Part shown: in pieces, positions 8,828 to 18,932 of the stretch
Numbering within the stretch: position 1 is the stretch's first letter
How the letters are laid out: each line of letters begins with the position of its first letter
Origin: an uncultured Gammaproteobacteria bacterium
Lineage (GTDB): Bacteria; Pseudomonadota; Gammaproteobacteria; Steroidobacterales; Rariloculaceae
NCBI GenBank assembly: GCA_963742115.1
Contig: CAVUKQ010000015.1
Span: 265,457-329,456 of the forward strand
Direction of reading: 5' to 3'
DNA length: 64,000 nt
The notes under the pieces: generated by a model
The model's input: the letters and a program-made list of their open reading frames with translations, nothing else
Told to the model about the DNA's origin: nothing
Databases searched by the model: none
Made by a program: the position numbers and the translations under genes

Positions 8828-10981
8828 ATGTCGTCCGCCAACCCTGCAAGCCGCCTCGCCGCACCCGATCTCTTCGGGTACCGCAAGTATTGGGCGCATC
8901 GGCTCACACCCGCGCCGTTCCTGCCGATGTCGCGCGAGGAGATGGACTTGCTCGGCTGGGACCAGTGCGACGTGATCCTCGTGACGGGCGACGCGTACGT
9001 CGACCATCCGAGCTTCGGGATGGCGATCGTTGGCCGAGTGCTCGAATCGCAGGGCTTCCGCGTCGGCATCATCGCCCAGCCCAATTGGCGCTCGACGGAG
9101 GATTTCGAGCGCCTCGGTGCGCCGGCGCTGTTCTTCGGCGTCACGGCCGGAAACATGGATTCGATGGTCAACCGCTACACCGCCGACCGACGCGTACGAC
9201 GCGACGACGCGTACACGCCCGAGGGCGTCGGCGGACTTCGACCCGATCGCAGCGTGATCGTCTACTCGCAGCGAGTGCGCGAAGCGTTTGCGGACGCGGC
9301 GATAGTGATCGGCGGCATCGAGGCGAGCCTGCGCCGCATCGCGCACTACGACTACTGGCAGGAGAAGGTGCGGCGCTCGATCTTGCTCGACACGCGCGCC
9401 GACCTCCTCGTGTTCGGCAACGGCGAGCGTCAGATCGTCGAGATCGCACACCGGCTCGCGGCGGGCGCGAGCCGCGCCGACATCAAGAACGTGCGCGGCA
9501 CCGCGTTTCTCGGCACGGCGGCTGGCGAAGGCTGGACGGAGATCGATTCGACGCATCTCGATTTGCCCGGCGCTACGACCAAGCACCCCGATCCTTACGC
9601 CATGGAGTCGGAAATCGCCGCCGCCTCGCGCGAAGCCGCTGCGAAGGAACCCGGCGTCAATGTCGTTCGCTTCACGCGCAAGGTGCCGACCGCCGACCGC
9701 GACAAGAGCTACATCCGCCTACCGAGCTACGAGCAAGTGCGCGACGATCCAGTGCTGTACGCGCACGCGTCGCGGATCCTGCACATGGAGTCGAACCCGG
9801 GCAACGCGCGCGCGCTCGTGCAGCGCCACGGCGCGAACGACGTGTGGCTCAATGCGCCGCCCGTGCCGCTTACGAGCGAGGAGATGGACGGAATCTACGA
9901 GCTGCCGTACGCGCGCCGCCCGCATCCAGCCTACGGCACCGCGAAGATCCCCGCCTACGAAATGATACGTTTCTCCGTGACGATCCAGCGCGGCTGCTTC
10001 GGCGGCTGCACTTTCTGCTCGATCACCGAGCACGAGGGCCGGATCATCCAGAACCGCAGCGAGGACTCGATCCTGCGCGAGATCGAGACCATCCGCGACA
10101 ACGTGCCGGGTTTCACCGGAGTGATTTCGGATCTCGGCGGCCCCACGGCGAACATGTACCGGCTCGCCTGCAAGAGCCGCGAGATCGAGTCGGCGTGCCG
10201 ACGACCGTCGTGCGTGTATCCGGGCGTGTGTCCCAACCTGAACACGGATCACGCCCCACTGATCAAGCTCTATCAGAAAGCGCGCGCGCTGCCCGGCGTG
10301 AAGAAGGTGCTCGTCGCTTCCGGCGTGCGCTACGACCTCGCGATCGAGTCGCCCGAGTACGTCAAGGAGCTCGCGCAGCATCACACGGGCGGATACCTCA
10401 AGATCGCGCCGGAGGCGATCGGCGAGGGACCGCTGTCGAAGATGATGAAACCCGGCGTCGGAACGTACTACCGCTTCAAGAAGCTCTTCGACCGCTACTC
10501 GCAAGCGGCGGGCAAAGAGCAATACCTGATCCCCTACTTCATCGCGGCGCATCCCGGCACCACGGACAAGGACATGCTCGAGCTTGCGCTGTGGCTCAAG
10601 GAGAACGGCTACCGCGCCGATCAGGTTCAGGCGTTCCTGCCGGGTCCGATGGCGACCGCGACCGCGATGTATCACTCGGGCAAGAATCCGCTGCGCCGAG
10701 TCACGCGCGATTCGGAGGACGTGCACGTTCCGCGCGGCATCACGGTACGCCGGCTCCACAAGGCGTTCCTGCGCTACCACGACGCCAACAACTGGCCGAT
10801 GCTGCGCGCCGCGTTGAAGCGCATGGGCCGCGAGGACCTGATCGGCAACGGTAAGCATCAGCTCGTGCCGCGCTTCCAGCCGCGGGGCATGGGCAAGGCG
10901 CCCGAAGGTAAACGCGTCGCGCACGGCAAGCCGTTCCGCACCCAGCATTCGCGGGCCGAGGCCCGCGACCGCAAGCACTAG
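8828..10981 (+). CDS. ygiQ: YgiQ-family (UPF0313) radical SAM protein
   Basis: N-terminal [35 protein letters not shown], radical-SAM cluster motif [12 protein letters not shown], basic C-terminal tail. The frame is intact. Confidence 0.85.
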   Translation: MSSANPASRLAAPDLFGYRKYWAHRLTPAPFLPMSREEMDLLGWDQCDVILVTGDAYVDHPSFGMAIVGRVLESQGFRVGIIAQPNWRSTEDFERLGAPALFFGVTAGNMDSMVNRYTADRRVRRDDAYTPEGVGGLRPDRSVIVYSQRVREAFADAAIVIGGIEASLRRIAHYDYWQEKVRRSILLDTRADLLVFGNGERQIVEIAHRLAAGASRADIKNVRGTAFLGTAAGEGWTEIDSTHLDLPGATTKHPDPYAMESEIAAASREAAAKEPGVNVVRFTRKVPTADRDKSYIRLPSYEQVRDDPVLYAHASRILHMESNPGNARALVQRHGANDVWLNAPPVPLTSEEMDGIYELPYARRPHPAYGTAKIPAYEMIRFSVTIQRGCFGGCTFCSITEHEGRIIQNRSEDSILREIETIRDNVPGFTGVISDLGGPTANMYRLACKSREIESACRRPSCVYPGVCPNLNTDHAPLIKLYQKARALPGVKKVLVASGVRYDLAIESPEYVKELAQHHTGGYLKIAPEAIGEGPLSKMMKPGVGTYYRFKKLFDRYSQAAGKEQYLIPYFIAAHPGTTDKDMLELALWLKENGYRADQVQAFLPGPMATATAMYHSGKNPLRRVTRDSEDVHVPRGITVRRLHKAFLRYHDANNWPMLRAALKRMGREDLIGNGKHQLVPRFQPRGMGKAPEGKRVAHGKPFRTQHSRAEARDRKH

Positions 10982-11028
10982 CGTCGAAAGGCGGCGCGAA
11001 TGCGACGCGCGTCGGAGCTCCGGAGCCG

Positions 11029-11745
11029 ATGAGCAAACAGGCCGCCGCGATGCGCGCGCGACTGCGCGAGCACGCGAATCCGAAGATCGCGGCCCACTCC
11101 ACGCGGTTCTTCAAGACGGGGCGAGCCGGCTACCCGGCGGGCGACCGTTTCCTCGGAGTCCGCGTGCCCGTCGTGCGCGCCGTCGCGCGCGAGTTTCGCG
11201 GCGCACCGCTCGCGGCCGCGCTGACGCTCCTGCGCTCGCGACTGCACGAAGAACGCCTGCTCGCGCTCGTGCTGATGGTCGATCTCTTCGAGCGTGGCGA
11301 CGATTCGGCACGCGCCGCGATCTATGCCCAGTATCTAAAGCACACGCCGCGCTACGTGAACAACTGGGATCTCGTCGACAGCTCGGCGTATCAGATCGTC
11401 GGCACGTTTCTCGCGCCGCGCGACCGCCGTGCGCTCTACGACTTGGCGCGCTCCGCGAGCCTTTGGGAGCGGCGCGTCGCGATCATCGCGACGTTCCGGT
11501 TCATCAAGGACGGCGACTTCGACGACACGCTGGCGCTCGCGAGGTTGTTGCTGAATGACCGCGAGGATCTGATCCACAAAGCCACGGGTTGGATGCTGCG
11601 CGAGGTCGGCAATCGCGACGTTGCCGTCGAGGAAGGGTTTCTGCGCGAGCATTACGCCGCGATGCCGCGCACGATGCTGCGCTACGCAATCGAGAAGTTG
11701 CCGGAGCCGCGCCGCAAAGCGTACCTGGCGGGCAGCGTCCGCTAG
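11029..11745 (+). CDS. DNA alkylation repair protein (AlkD-like HEAT-repeat family)
   Basis: 238 aa. Family-typical N-terminus (LREHANPKIAAHSTRFFKTG...FLGVRVPVVR) and NNWDLVD, GWMLREVG motifs. Confidence 0.8.
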   Translation: MSKQAAAMRARLREHANPKIAAHSTRFFKTGRAGYPAGDRFLGVRVPVVRAVAREFRGAPLAAALTLLRSRLHEERLLALVLMVDLFERGDDSARAAIYAQYLKHTPRYVNNWDLVDSSAYQIVGTFLAPRDRRALYDLARSASLWERRVAIIATFRFIKDGDFDDTLALARLLLNDREDLIHKATGWMLREVGNRDVAVEEGFLREHYAAMPRTMLRYAIEKLPEPRRKAYLAGSVR

Positions 11746-12176
11746 CGCGGCAAGTCGGGGCACACGTACGGGACAGTCGCCGCGACGTACGTAGCGGTCC
11801 CCACGCCGCTCACGAGGTCCAGCCGCAAGGTGAGGTCTGCCTCCGTCAGCTTCACTACGGTCGCCCTGATTTCAGCCGTGTCTTCCTGCCAGCGAATGGT
11901 GTCGAGGTCGTCGGCCCGCCACCGCGACAGCCGATACGTTTCCCCGCACGAGTCCTGGAGGAGGGTGCCGTCGGACAGAAAGATCAGCATCGACCCGAGC
12001 GGCGGGTCGGGCGACGTTCGGATCCAGACGCGATTCGTGAGCGCGCTCGCGGCCGCGGCCGCCGTGCCGCCCGCGGCGCGTGCCGGAGGCGGCGCTGGAG
12101 CGTCCGTGCATGCGGCCACGAGCGCCGCGAGAGCCGCGGCGATCGAGGCGCACGCCAACCTAGTGGCCGTTCTCAT
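11742..12176 (-). CDS. Lipoprotein, function unknown
   Basis: MRTATRLACASIAAALAALVAAC gives a signal peptide with a lipobox (LVAAC). It overlaps the upstream gene by 17 nt. Confidence 0.6.
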   Translation of the reverse strand: MRTATRLACASIAAALAALVAACTDAPAPPPARAAGGTAAAAASALTNRVWIRTSPDPPLGSMLIFLSDGTLLQDSCGETYRLSRWRADDLDTIRWQEDTAEIRATVVKLTEADLTLRLDLVSGVGTATYVAATVPYVCPDLPR

Positions 12177-12579
12177 GCTTCCTCCGGCGCCGTGACGACG
12201 CAACGAGCGCCGGCATTGCAGCAAACGAGGCCAGCGCGATGAGGTAAGCGGTGCCCGCGACGGGATCACGCGCGGCGACGTAGTCCGAGAGGTTCTGCGC
12301 CCGCAAGACGATCACCGTCGCGATCTCCGCGCCCGCGAGCAACGCGAGAGCTCCGAGGCCGGCCGCTACCGAAGCGCCCACGCCAAACGTGGGGCCTCGG
12401 CTGCGCATCAAGAAACGCGCGACGAAATAGCTCGCAATCACCATAACCGGCAGCTCCGCGAGCTCCGCGGCTCGCTCGCCGAGCAGAGCTACGAGCCATA
12501 GCGTACGGACCACGCCGAGAACGAACCCGATCGCGAAGACGTAGAGGAAGTAGAGCACGGCGAAAGCGGCAATCGACAT
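12160..12579 (-). CDS. Integral membrane protein (about 4 TM), function unknown
   Basis: 139-aa hydrophobic ORF. It is 7 nt downstream of the preceding gene in the same minus-strand cluster. Confidence 0.6.
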   Translation of the reverse strand: MSIAAFAVLYFLYVFAIGFVLGVVRTLWLVALLGERAAELAELPVMVIASYFVARFLMRSRGPTFGVGASVAAGLGALALLAGAEIATVIVLRAQNLSDYVAARDPVAGTAYLIALASFAAMPALVASSRRRRKHENGH

Positions 12580-12585
12580 CGGCCG

Positions 12586-13158
12586 TCATTTCTTTTTTCG
12601 CGCGCCCTTCGCGGCCCTGCGAGCAGCCGTCACCTTGCGCTTCGCCGGCGGCTTCGATCGGGGCTTGGGGCTCGCCTTCGCAGCGGACTTCGCACGCGCG
12701 CCGGCCTTCGCTTTCCCGGCCGTGGATATCGTGTGTTCCTTGCCGCGCGTCAGCGACTTGATGAAGTCGACCCGCCGAAACCGCACCGCGGACCAGTCCT
12801 CGTCGATCGCGACCATGCGAACGGGCTCGAAGCCGGCCGCCCCGAGCACGTCCCAACCGCGATCGCGGTCGATCTCGGACCTGTATCTCTTCGAGGACTG
12901 CTTCGGATACGCAAACCACACGACGGCATCGCCTACGGTGCGTTCCGCCGTCCCCCTCGCGCACGCGTCGACTTCGGCCTGCTTCGTCACGAACGCGAGC
13001 GAGAACGAAAGCGGCGCGCCGCTCGCGAGCGACCGGCGCACGGCGACGCCGCGCAGCGACGCAATCTCCGGCTCGAAGCTCGCGGGCGCGTTGACGATCG
13101 CGATCTCGGTTTGGTCCTTTAGGTTCAGCTTCTTGAAGACGACGGAATTGCCGCTCAT
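12586..13158 (-). CDS. Hypothetical protein with a Lys/Ala/Pro-rich histone-H1-like C-terminal tail
   Basis: 190 aa with a globular N-domain. The tail is GKAKAGARAKSAAKASPKPRSKPPAKRKVTAARRAAKGARKKK. Its start overlaps the upstream stop by 4 nt. Confidence 0.6.
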   Translation of the reverse strand: MSGNSVVFKKLNLKDQTEIAIVNAPASFEPEIASLRGVAVRRSLASGAPLSFSLAFVTKQAEVDACARGTAERTVGDAVVWFAYPKQSSKRYRSEIDRDRGWDVLGAAGFEPVRMVAIDEDWSAVRFRRVDFIKSLTRGKEHTISTAGKAKAGARAKSAAKASPKPRSKPPAKRKVTAARRAAKGARKKK

Positions 13159-13529
13159 GCGTTCTCGCCGTGCTGCTCGCGGGTCCGCTTGTAATAGGTA
13201 CGCTGGCCTTCGGTCATGCCGCCGTACTGGTGATCCTCGATACGCTTTACGAGCTCGTCGTGGAGCTCGCGGCTCGTGCGCGCGTCGAGCGCGTGCCGGT
13301 TACGCGCTCTGCGGCACGTTGGCGCGTCGAGCGGCAGCGAGTCGCGGCACACCTCGCACGCGAGGTGATACTTCGTCACGAGAGGGATCAAACGCACGAA
13401 GAACAGCGACACCCATTCGGTCTCGTGCCAAATGTGCCAGGACACGTCGCTGCTGCAATGGTGGCAATGCGTCTTGAGCAGCGACTCCCGCTGCTTGAAC
13501 GTCTTGTCCCAGCCGAAGACGACGAACAT
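13155..13529 (-). CDS. Zinc-ribbon-like protein with one TM segment
   Basis: CHHC...CEVC cysteine pairs flank a hydrophobic segment (WVSLFFVRLIPLV). It starts 5 nt after the SPFH gene stop. Confidence 0.55.
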   Translation of the reverse strand: MFVVFGWDKTFKQRESLLKTHCHHCSSDVSWHIWHETEWVSLFFVRLIPLVTKYHLACEVCRDSLPLDAPTCRRARNRHALDARTSRELHDELVKRIEDHQYGGMTEGQRTYYKRTREQHGENA

Positions 13530-13533
13530 CGCG

Positions 13534-14574
13534 CTATCTCGGCGCGGCGGGCGGCGCGGCGGGCGGCGGTATGCTGGGCGGACTGGACCGCGGCGCCGCG
13601 CTCGGGCGCGGCGGCGCGCTCGAGCCGCCCGAGCGCGGCGGGCTCGGCGGATCCGAGCGCGTGTGCTCGAACACCTTCGTCGCCATCGCGATCATGCCCG
13701 CGATGTCGCTCACGTTGGCCGGCACCACGAGGGTATTGGTCGTGCGCGCGAGGTTGCCGAACTGCTGGATATAGTCTTCGGCGACGCGCAGCTGCATTGC
13801 CGCGTGCCCGCCCTCGCCGCTCACGGCTTCCGCGACGCGGCGCAACCCTTCCGCGGTCGCGACGGCCACGGCGAGGATCGCCTCGGCCTCGCCCTGCGCC
13901 TCGTTGATCTGCCTCTGGCGCTGCGCCTCGGACTCCTTGATCACGCGCTGCTTCTCGCCCTCGGCCTGGTTGATCTTGGCGTCGCGCTCGCCTTCCGACG
14001 TGAGAATCACCGCCCGCTTCTCGCGCTCGGCGCGCATCTGCTTCTCCATCGCCTGGATCACGTCGCGCGGCGGATTGATGTTCTTGATCTCGTAGCGCAG
14101 CACCTTCACGCCCCAAGGCTCTGTGGCCTTGTCGAGCTCGCTCACGACATTGGTGTTGATCCTGCCGCGCTCCTCGAACGTGCGGTCGAGCTCGATCTTG
14201 CCGATCTCGCTGCGCAGCGTCGTCTGCGCGAGCTGGGTGATCGCGAAACCGTAGTTCGCGATGCCGTACGACGCGCGCGCGGGATCCATTACCTGGAGGT
14301 ACAGCACGCCGTCGATGCCGACCTGCACGTTGTCACGCGTGATGCAGATTTGCTCCGGAATGTCGACCGCCGATTCCTTCAAGCTGTGGCGGTACGCGAT
14401 GCGCTCCATGAACGGCGTGAGGATGTGGAACCCCGCCTGCAGCGTGCGGCTGTACTTGCCGAGCAGCTCGACGATGTAGGCGCTCTGCTGGGGCACGACG
14501 ATCGCCGTCTTGCCGAGAACGATGATGACGACGACTGCGATCGCGAGCGCGACCAGAAACGCGGTTTGGGTCAT
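13534..14574 (-). CDS. SPFH/band-7 (stomatin/paraslipin-like) protein
   Basis: Starts MTQTAFLVALAIAVVVIIVLG (ATG at 14574). SPFH core (VPQQSAYIVELLGKYSRTL...RDNVQVGIDGVLY), an EA-rich coiled coil, and a Pro/Ser-rich tail. The 506-aa track ORF is an upstream over-extension. Confidence 0.85.
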   Translation of the reverse strand: MTQTAFLVALAIAVVVIIVLGKTAIVVPQQSAYIVELLGKYSRTLQAGFHILTPFMERIAYRHSLKESAVDIPEQICITRDNVQVGIDGVLYLQVMDPARASYGIANYGFAITQLAQTTLRSEIGKIELDRTFEERGRINTNVVSELDKATEPWGVKVLRYEIKNINPPRDVIQAMEKQMRAEREKRAVILTSEGERDAKINQAEGEKQRVIKESEAQRQRQINEAQGEAEAILAVAVATAEGLRRVAEAVSGEGGHAAMQLRVAEDYIQQFGNLARTTNTLVVPANVSDIAGMIAMATKVFEHTRSDPPSPPRSGGSSAPPRPSAAPRSSPPSIPPPAAPPAAPR

Positions 14575-14615
14575 GGCTGCTCCAAGTGGCCGGAGTGGAC
14601 GATGAATTTCGGCGG

Positions 14616-15047
14616 CTAGCTGAGACGAACGTGCAACGTGAGCCCCTCGACGGACTCGATCCGCACCTCCTCGCCGGCGGGGATCAAACGCTCGCCTACG
14701 TTGAGGGCGGTCCAGCCGCTGCCGCGGTACTCGATCCGCATCGACTTGCCCGGGGCGAGCTCGTCCGGAATCCGGACGAGCTGATCGGCGTCGCCGTCGA
14801 CTTTGCCGAGCGGGCGTTTGCGCAGCCGCAAGTACAGTTGGCGCCGAATCGTCAGCATCGCCGCGATCGATAGCGCCGCGAACAACAGCCATTGCAGCCA
14901 CACGGGCAGATCGATCCCGAGCATGCCGACGAGGCCGACGACGATCGCGCCGGCGCCGATGAAGATCAGGTAGAACTGTGCGTCGATCGCGAACAGCTCG
15001 GCACCGAGCAACAGAGTGCCGATGATGATCCAACTCCACCACGCCAT
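14616..15047 (-). CDS. NfeD-family membrane protein
   Basis: 143 aa with N-terminal TM helices plus a C-terminal OB-like domain (MRIEYRGSGWTALNVGE...VRIESVEGLTLHV). Classic pairing upstream of an SPFH gene. Confidence 0.8.
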   Translation of the reverse strand: MAWWSWIIIGTLLLGAELFAIDAQFYLIFIGAGAIVVGLVGMLGIDLPVWLQWLLFAALSIAAMLTIRRQLYLRLRKRPLGKVDGDADQLVRIPDELAPGKSMRIEYRGSGWTALNVGERLIPAGEEVRIESVEGLTLHVRLS

Positions 15048-15122
15048 ATCGCACCTCTCGAGCAGCGCCGGACCGCGAGCGCTGCCATTATCGCCGGAAT
15101 TATCCCGGCCGCGGCCACGATT

Positions 15123-15509
15123 TCAAAGCGGCCTCGCGTCGTCGAGCTTCGCGAGCAACGTCTTCGGCGCCGTGAGGCGGTAGCTGCGCTCGACGATGTT
15201 CGCAACCTCCGTCCAGCTCACTCGCCCGCGGTCCAGCCGCAGACCGAACCAGCCGCGCGGCCCGATGTAATCGGGCAGATAGAATCGATCCGGCTCGCGC
15301 CGCGCTCGGTCCGTGTTCTCGCCGAGCTCGGACTTGACGCAGACCGACACGATGCCGTCGCCGTGGTGATCGTCGAGGAAGTACGCGAACACCTTGCCGC
15401 GAACGCGATATGTCGCGTGGCTCCCGCCCCGCGTGCAGTCCGTGGACGGCAGCGCAAGGCAGATGTCGGTGACTTTTTGCAGCTTTTGTTCGTTGCCTTT
15501 TTTCGACAC
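15123..15509 (-). CDS. MmcQ/YjbR-family DNA-binding protein
   Basis: 128 aa. Pattern LALPSTD...GGSHATYRVRGKVFAYF...GWFGLRLD is typical of the family. Confidence 0.65.
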   Translation of the reverse strand: MSKKGNEQKLQKVTDICLALPSTDCTRGGSHATYRVRGKVFAYFLDDHHGDGIVSVCVKSELGENTDRARREPDRFYLPDYIGPRGWFGLRLDRGRVSWTEVANIVERSYRLTAPKTLLAKLDDARPL

Positions 15510-15624
15510 GCCGGCGCTCCAGAAAGCGGGCCGAGCTGCAGATGCGCGTGCGTGAGTCTACGCCATCCGGACCGGGCACGCGCGCCGGCGCTCGTGCGCC
15601 GGAACTTACGCAGCCGGCGCCGTG

Positions 15625-17374
15625 CTACATGCGTTCCGGCGCCTCGATGCCGAGCAAATCGAGGCCGCGCGCAAGCACGCTCGCCGTGAGCTCGCAGAGC
15701 GCAAGCCGCGACGCGCGCGTCGCGTCGTCCGGAGCCCGGAGCACGGGGCAGCTCTCGAAGAACCCGGTGAACGCCGTCGCGAGGTCGTAGACATACCCTG
15801 CGAGCCGGTGCGGCCGCAGCGAATCCGCCGCTTCGCGCACCGCCGCGCCGAAGCCGAGCAACTCGAGTGCGAGAGCGCGTTCGGCGGGCTCGCCGAGCAT
15901 GATGACGGCCGACGCGCTCGCTCGCGCGACGCCCGATTCCGCCGCCCTACGGAAGATCGAGTGAATCCGCGCGTGTGCGTATTGGAGATAGGGGCCCGTG
16001 CGTCCCTCGGCCGCGAGCATCCGGTCCCAGTCGAATACGTAGTCCTTGATCCGGTCGTTCGCGAGATCTGCGTATTTCACGGCGCCGATTCCAATCTTCG
16101 GCGCGAGAGCCGCACGGACCGCCGGGTCGAGATCCGGCTCGCGGCGTGCGAGCTCCGCGCCCGCTCGGTCGACGGCTTCATCGAGCAGCGACGACAGCGA
16201 CACGGTGTCTCCCGCGCGCGTCTTCAACATTTTCTTGTCCTGCCCGAGGATCGAACCGAACGCGACGTGCTCGGCGCGCGCGGGGGCTTTGAGCCAGCCC
16301 GCGAGCTCGCCGACGGCAAACACCATCGCGAGATGCTGAGCCTGCGGCGTGCCGACCACGTAGAGCAGACGCGTGCCGCCGAGCGTCTGCGTGCGAAAGC
16401 GCAGCGCCGCGAGGTCCGTCGCGGCGTAGCCAAAGCCGCCGTCTTGCTTACGCACGATCAGCGGCAACGGCTGGCCTTCGCGGTTCGTGAAGCCCGGCGC
16501 GAACACGCACAGCGCGCCATCGTTCATCCGCGCTAGGCCGCTCTTCTCGAGCTCGTCCGCGATTTGCGGCAGCAGCGGGTTGTAAAAACTCTCGCCGCGC
16601 AGGTGCTCGTCGCGCAGCAGCACGCCGAGCTTCGCGTAGTTCGCGTTGAAGTGCCGCTTGGAAATATCGATCAGCGCTTGCCAGAGCTTCAGCGTATGCG
16701 CATCACCCGCTTGCAGCAGCACGACGCGCGCGCGTGCGCGCTCCGCGAACGCGGGATCGTTGTCGAACTTCACGCGCGCGTTGCGGTAGAACTCGCTGAG
16801 CTGATTGACGTCCGAATCGGAGCCGCCTGTCTCACCCTGACCGAGGTCGACGAGCTGCTCGATCAACATGCCGAACGGCGTGCCCCAATCGCCGACATGG
16901 TTTTGCCGCACGACTTCGTGGCCGCAGACACTCGAGGATTCGGCCGAGCGCGTCGCCGATGATCGTCGAGCGCAGGTGGCCGACGTGCATCTCTTTCGCG
17001 ACGTTCGGGGCCGAGTAGTCGATGATCACTTTGTCGCGGTGCTCCGCCACGGGCACGCCGAGCCGCCGGTCACGCGCGAGCGCGCTCACTTCCTTGGCGA
17101 GGAACGCGGGAGCCAGAGTGAGGTTGATGAATCCGGGGCCGGCGATTTCGACGCGTTCGCAAATCCCCTCGAGGTCGAGCTTCGCCACGACGGCTTCGGC
17201 CACTTGGCGCGGCGCGCGCTTCAACGCTTTCGCGAGGCCCATCGCGAGGTCCGCTTGGTAGTCGGCATGCTCGGAACGCCGAACCGTGGCGTCGACGCCC
17301 GCGGCGTCGCCGCCGAACGCGGCGGCGACGGCCGTCTGGAGCCGGGCGGCCAACAGGGTACGCGGGTCTGCCAT
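15625..17374 (-). CDS. argS: Arginine--tRNA ligase, frameshifted in this sequence
   Basis: The N-terminal part (MADPRTLLAARL...PNVAKEMHVGHLRSTIIGDALGRILE) is in ORF 16832..17500. It continues as GHEVVRQNHVGDWGTPFGMLI in ORF 15625..16911. The break is at about 16924. The span is 1750 nt, which is 3n+1. HIGH-type motif and C-terminal anticodon-binding domain are present. Confidence 0.9.
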
Positions 17375-17420
17375 GGTTCCTCGCCGATGAATGGCGCGGA
17401 TTATACGGGCAGGAGCGGCC

Positions 17421-17822
17421 TCAGCGGATGTACTCCGCGACCTCCACGAGGTTGCCGTCGAGGTCGCGGAAATAGATCGACCGCAACGACCCGCGCGCAC
17501 CGCGACGCGGCACGGGTCCCGCCTCGATCGTGACGCCGATTTTGCGCAAGTGTGCGAGTACCTCGTCGAGCGGAATCGCGGCGATCACGCAGAAGTCCGC
17601 GGCGCCCAACGTCGGCTGCTTCGCCTTGGTCGGGGTCTCCGTGCTGCTGTCTTGGAGGTTGATCTTTTGCTCGCCGAACTTCAGCGCAAACCGCGGCTGG
17701 CCTTCGGGACCACGAAACAACTCGCGCTCGAACCCGAGCGTGCGCTCGTAGAAGCGCAAGCTTTCGCCGATATCGCTCACGGTGAGCACGATGTGATCGA
17801 GTTGATTCGCGAGCGGGCGCAT
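17421..17822 (-). CDS. VOC/glyoxalase-family protein
   Basis: 133 aa. LDHIVLTVSDIGESLRFYERTLGF ... IYFRDLDGNLVEV. Confidence 0.8.
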   Translation of the reverse strand: MRPLANQLDHIVLTVSDIGESLRFYERTLGFERELFRGPEGQPRFALKFGEQKINLQDSSTETPTKAKQPTLGAADFCVIAAIPLDEVLAHLRKIGVTIEAGPVPRRGARGSLRSIYFRDLDGNLVEVAEYIR

Positions 17823-17871
17823 GGAGGTTTCTCGAGGCGAGGTGCGGGCGGCCTTGCGGTGACGACCGCGC

Positions 17872-18294
17872 TCAGCCCTCTGCGGCGCCGAGCTGTCGCC
17901 GTCTATTCAACGTGATCAGACATTTGAAGCGCGCGGACTTGAGCATCTTGTACGCAGCCCGCACGCCCTTGGCGTTGCCCCATTCCTTGAGATCCTTGTC
18001 GAGCGTGTCGATCGAGTGCTCGTCGAGGTACTCGGGAAGCGGCCGCTGGAGGTCGCCGATCGAGCTGCAATCCGAGCAGCGCCAGCGGCGGCGGCGCACG
18101 GAGGCCGTGCGGTCGACTTGTAGGCAAATCGTGCATACGCTCCAAGCCTCGATCGGCTCGCGGCCCTCGACCAGGATCTCGTAAGCCATCACGCCGCCGC
18201 TCACGCGCGGCGTATGCGCCGACTTCGCGAACGCGGAGCGAAACCATTCCGTGACGGCCTGCATCACGCCGCCTGATCGCTGTTCGGGTTCCAT
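17872..18294 (-). CDS. Hypothetical Cys-rich protein (possible zinc ribbon)
   Basis: 140 aa with CTIC...CSDC pairs. No recognised family. The start is uncertain (alternative M at residue 11). Confidence 0.45.
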   Translation of the reverse strand: MEPEQRSGGVMQAVTEWFRSAFAKSAHTPRVSGGVMAYEILVEGREPIEAWSVCTICLQVDRTASVRRRRWRCSDCSSIGDLQRPLPEYLDEHSIDTLDKDLKEWGNAKGVRAAYKMLKSARFKCLITLNRRRQLGAAEG

Positions 18295-18309
18295 GCCGGC
18301 CAGCGCGAG

Positions 18310-18780
18310 CTAGTGCTCGCGCTGCCTCCACTCGTCGACGAACTTCATGAAGGCCTCTTTTCGGTAGCTCTTGTTGCCGTCCTCGAGCACGACCGTAGGC
18401 TGCGACTTCAAGACCTCGCCCGTGTCCGACAAGACCCAGAAGTGCGGCGCGCCATCGGCTTTCGGCAGCTTCGCGAAGAAGGCCTCGTTGCGGTTCTCGT
18501 CGCCGACATACACCTTCGCGACGACGAATACGTCGTGCAGCGCGCTATCGACGTCGTCGTTCTTCTCGAGGAACTCGTAGAGGTAGTGGCACCAAATACA
18601 CCAATCGCCGCCCGCGACAAGCAGTACGAGCTTGTCCTCGGAGTGCGCGCGCGCTTCGGCTGACGAGAGTGTTACGAGCGCATCGGCCTTAGGATCGTAG
18701 CCGATGTCGGCAGCGCGTACCGTCAGCGCCGCGAGCAGCAGCGTCGGGATCGCAACCGTGAGCGAGAGTGATTTCACCAT
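18310..18780 (-). CDS. Secreted thioredoxin-fold protein (CxxC)
   Basis: Signal peptide MVKSLSLTVAIPTLLLAALTVRA. Redox motif GGDWCIWCH. Confidence 0.75.
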   Translation of the reverse strand: MVKSLSLTVAIPTLLLAALTVRAADIGYDPKADALVTLSSAEARAHSEDKLVLLVAGGDWCIWCHYLYEFLEKNDDVDSALHDVFVVAKVYVGDENRNEAFFAKLPKADGAPHFWVLSDTGEVLKSQPTVVLEDGNKSYRKEAFMKFVDEWRQREH

Positions 18781-18932
18781 ACGTACGTTTCTCTGAACGT
18801 TTCCTGTCGCGACGTCGTCTCGGCACTAGACCATGCCGCCGGGAGAGGCGTCAACGGGATTTCGCGCCAAGGTTGAGACAGAATGTGGCTCGACGCCGAG
18901 CGGCCAAGACTCGGCGCGAACCCCGAGGGACA

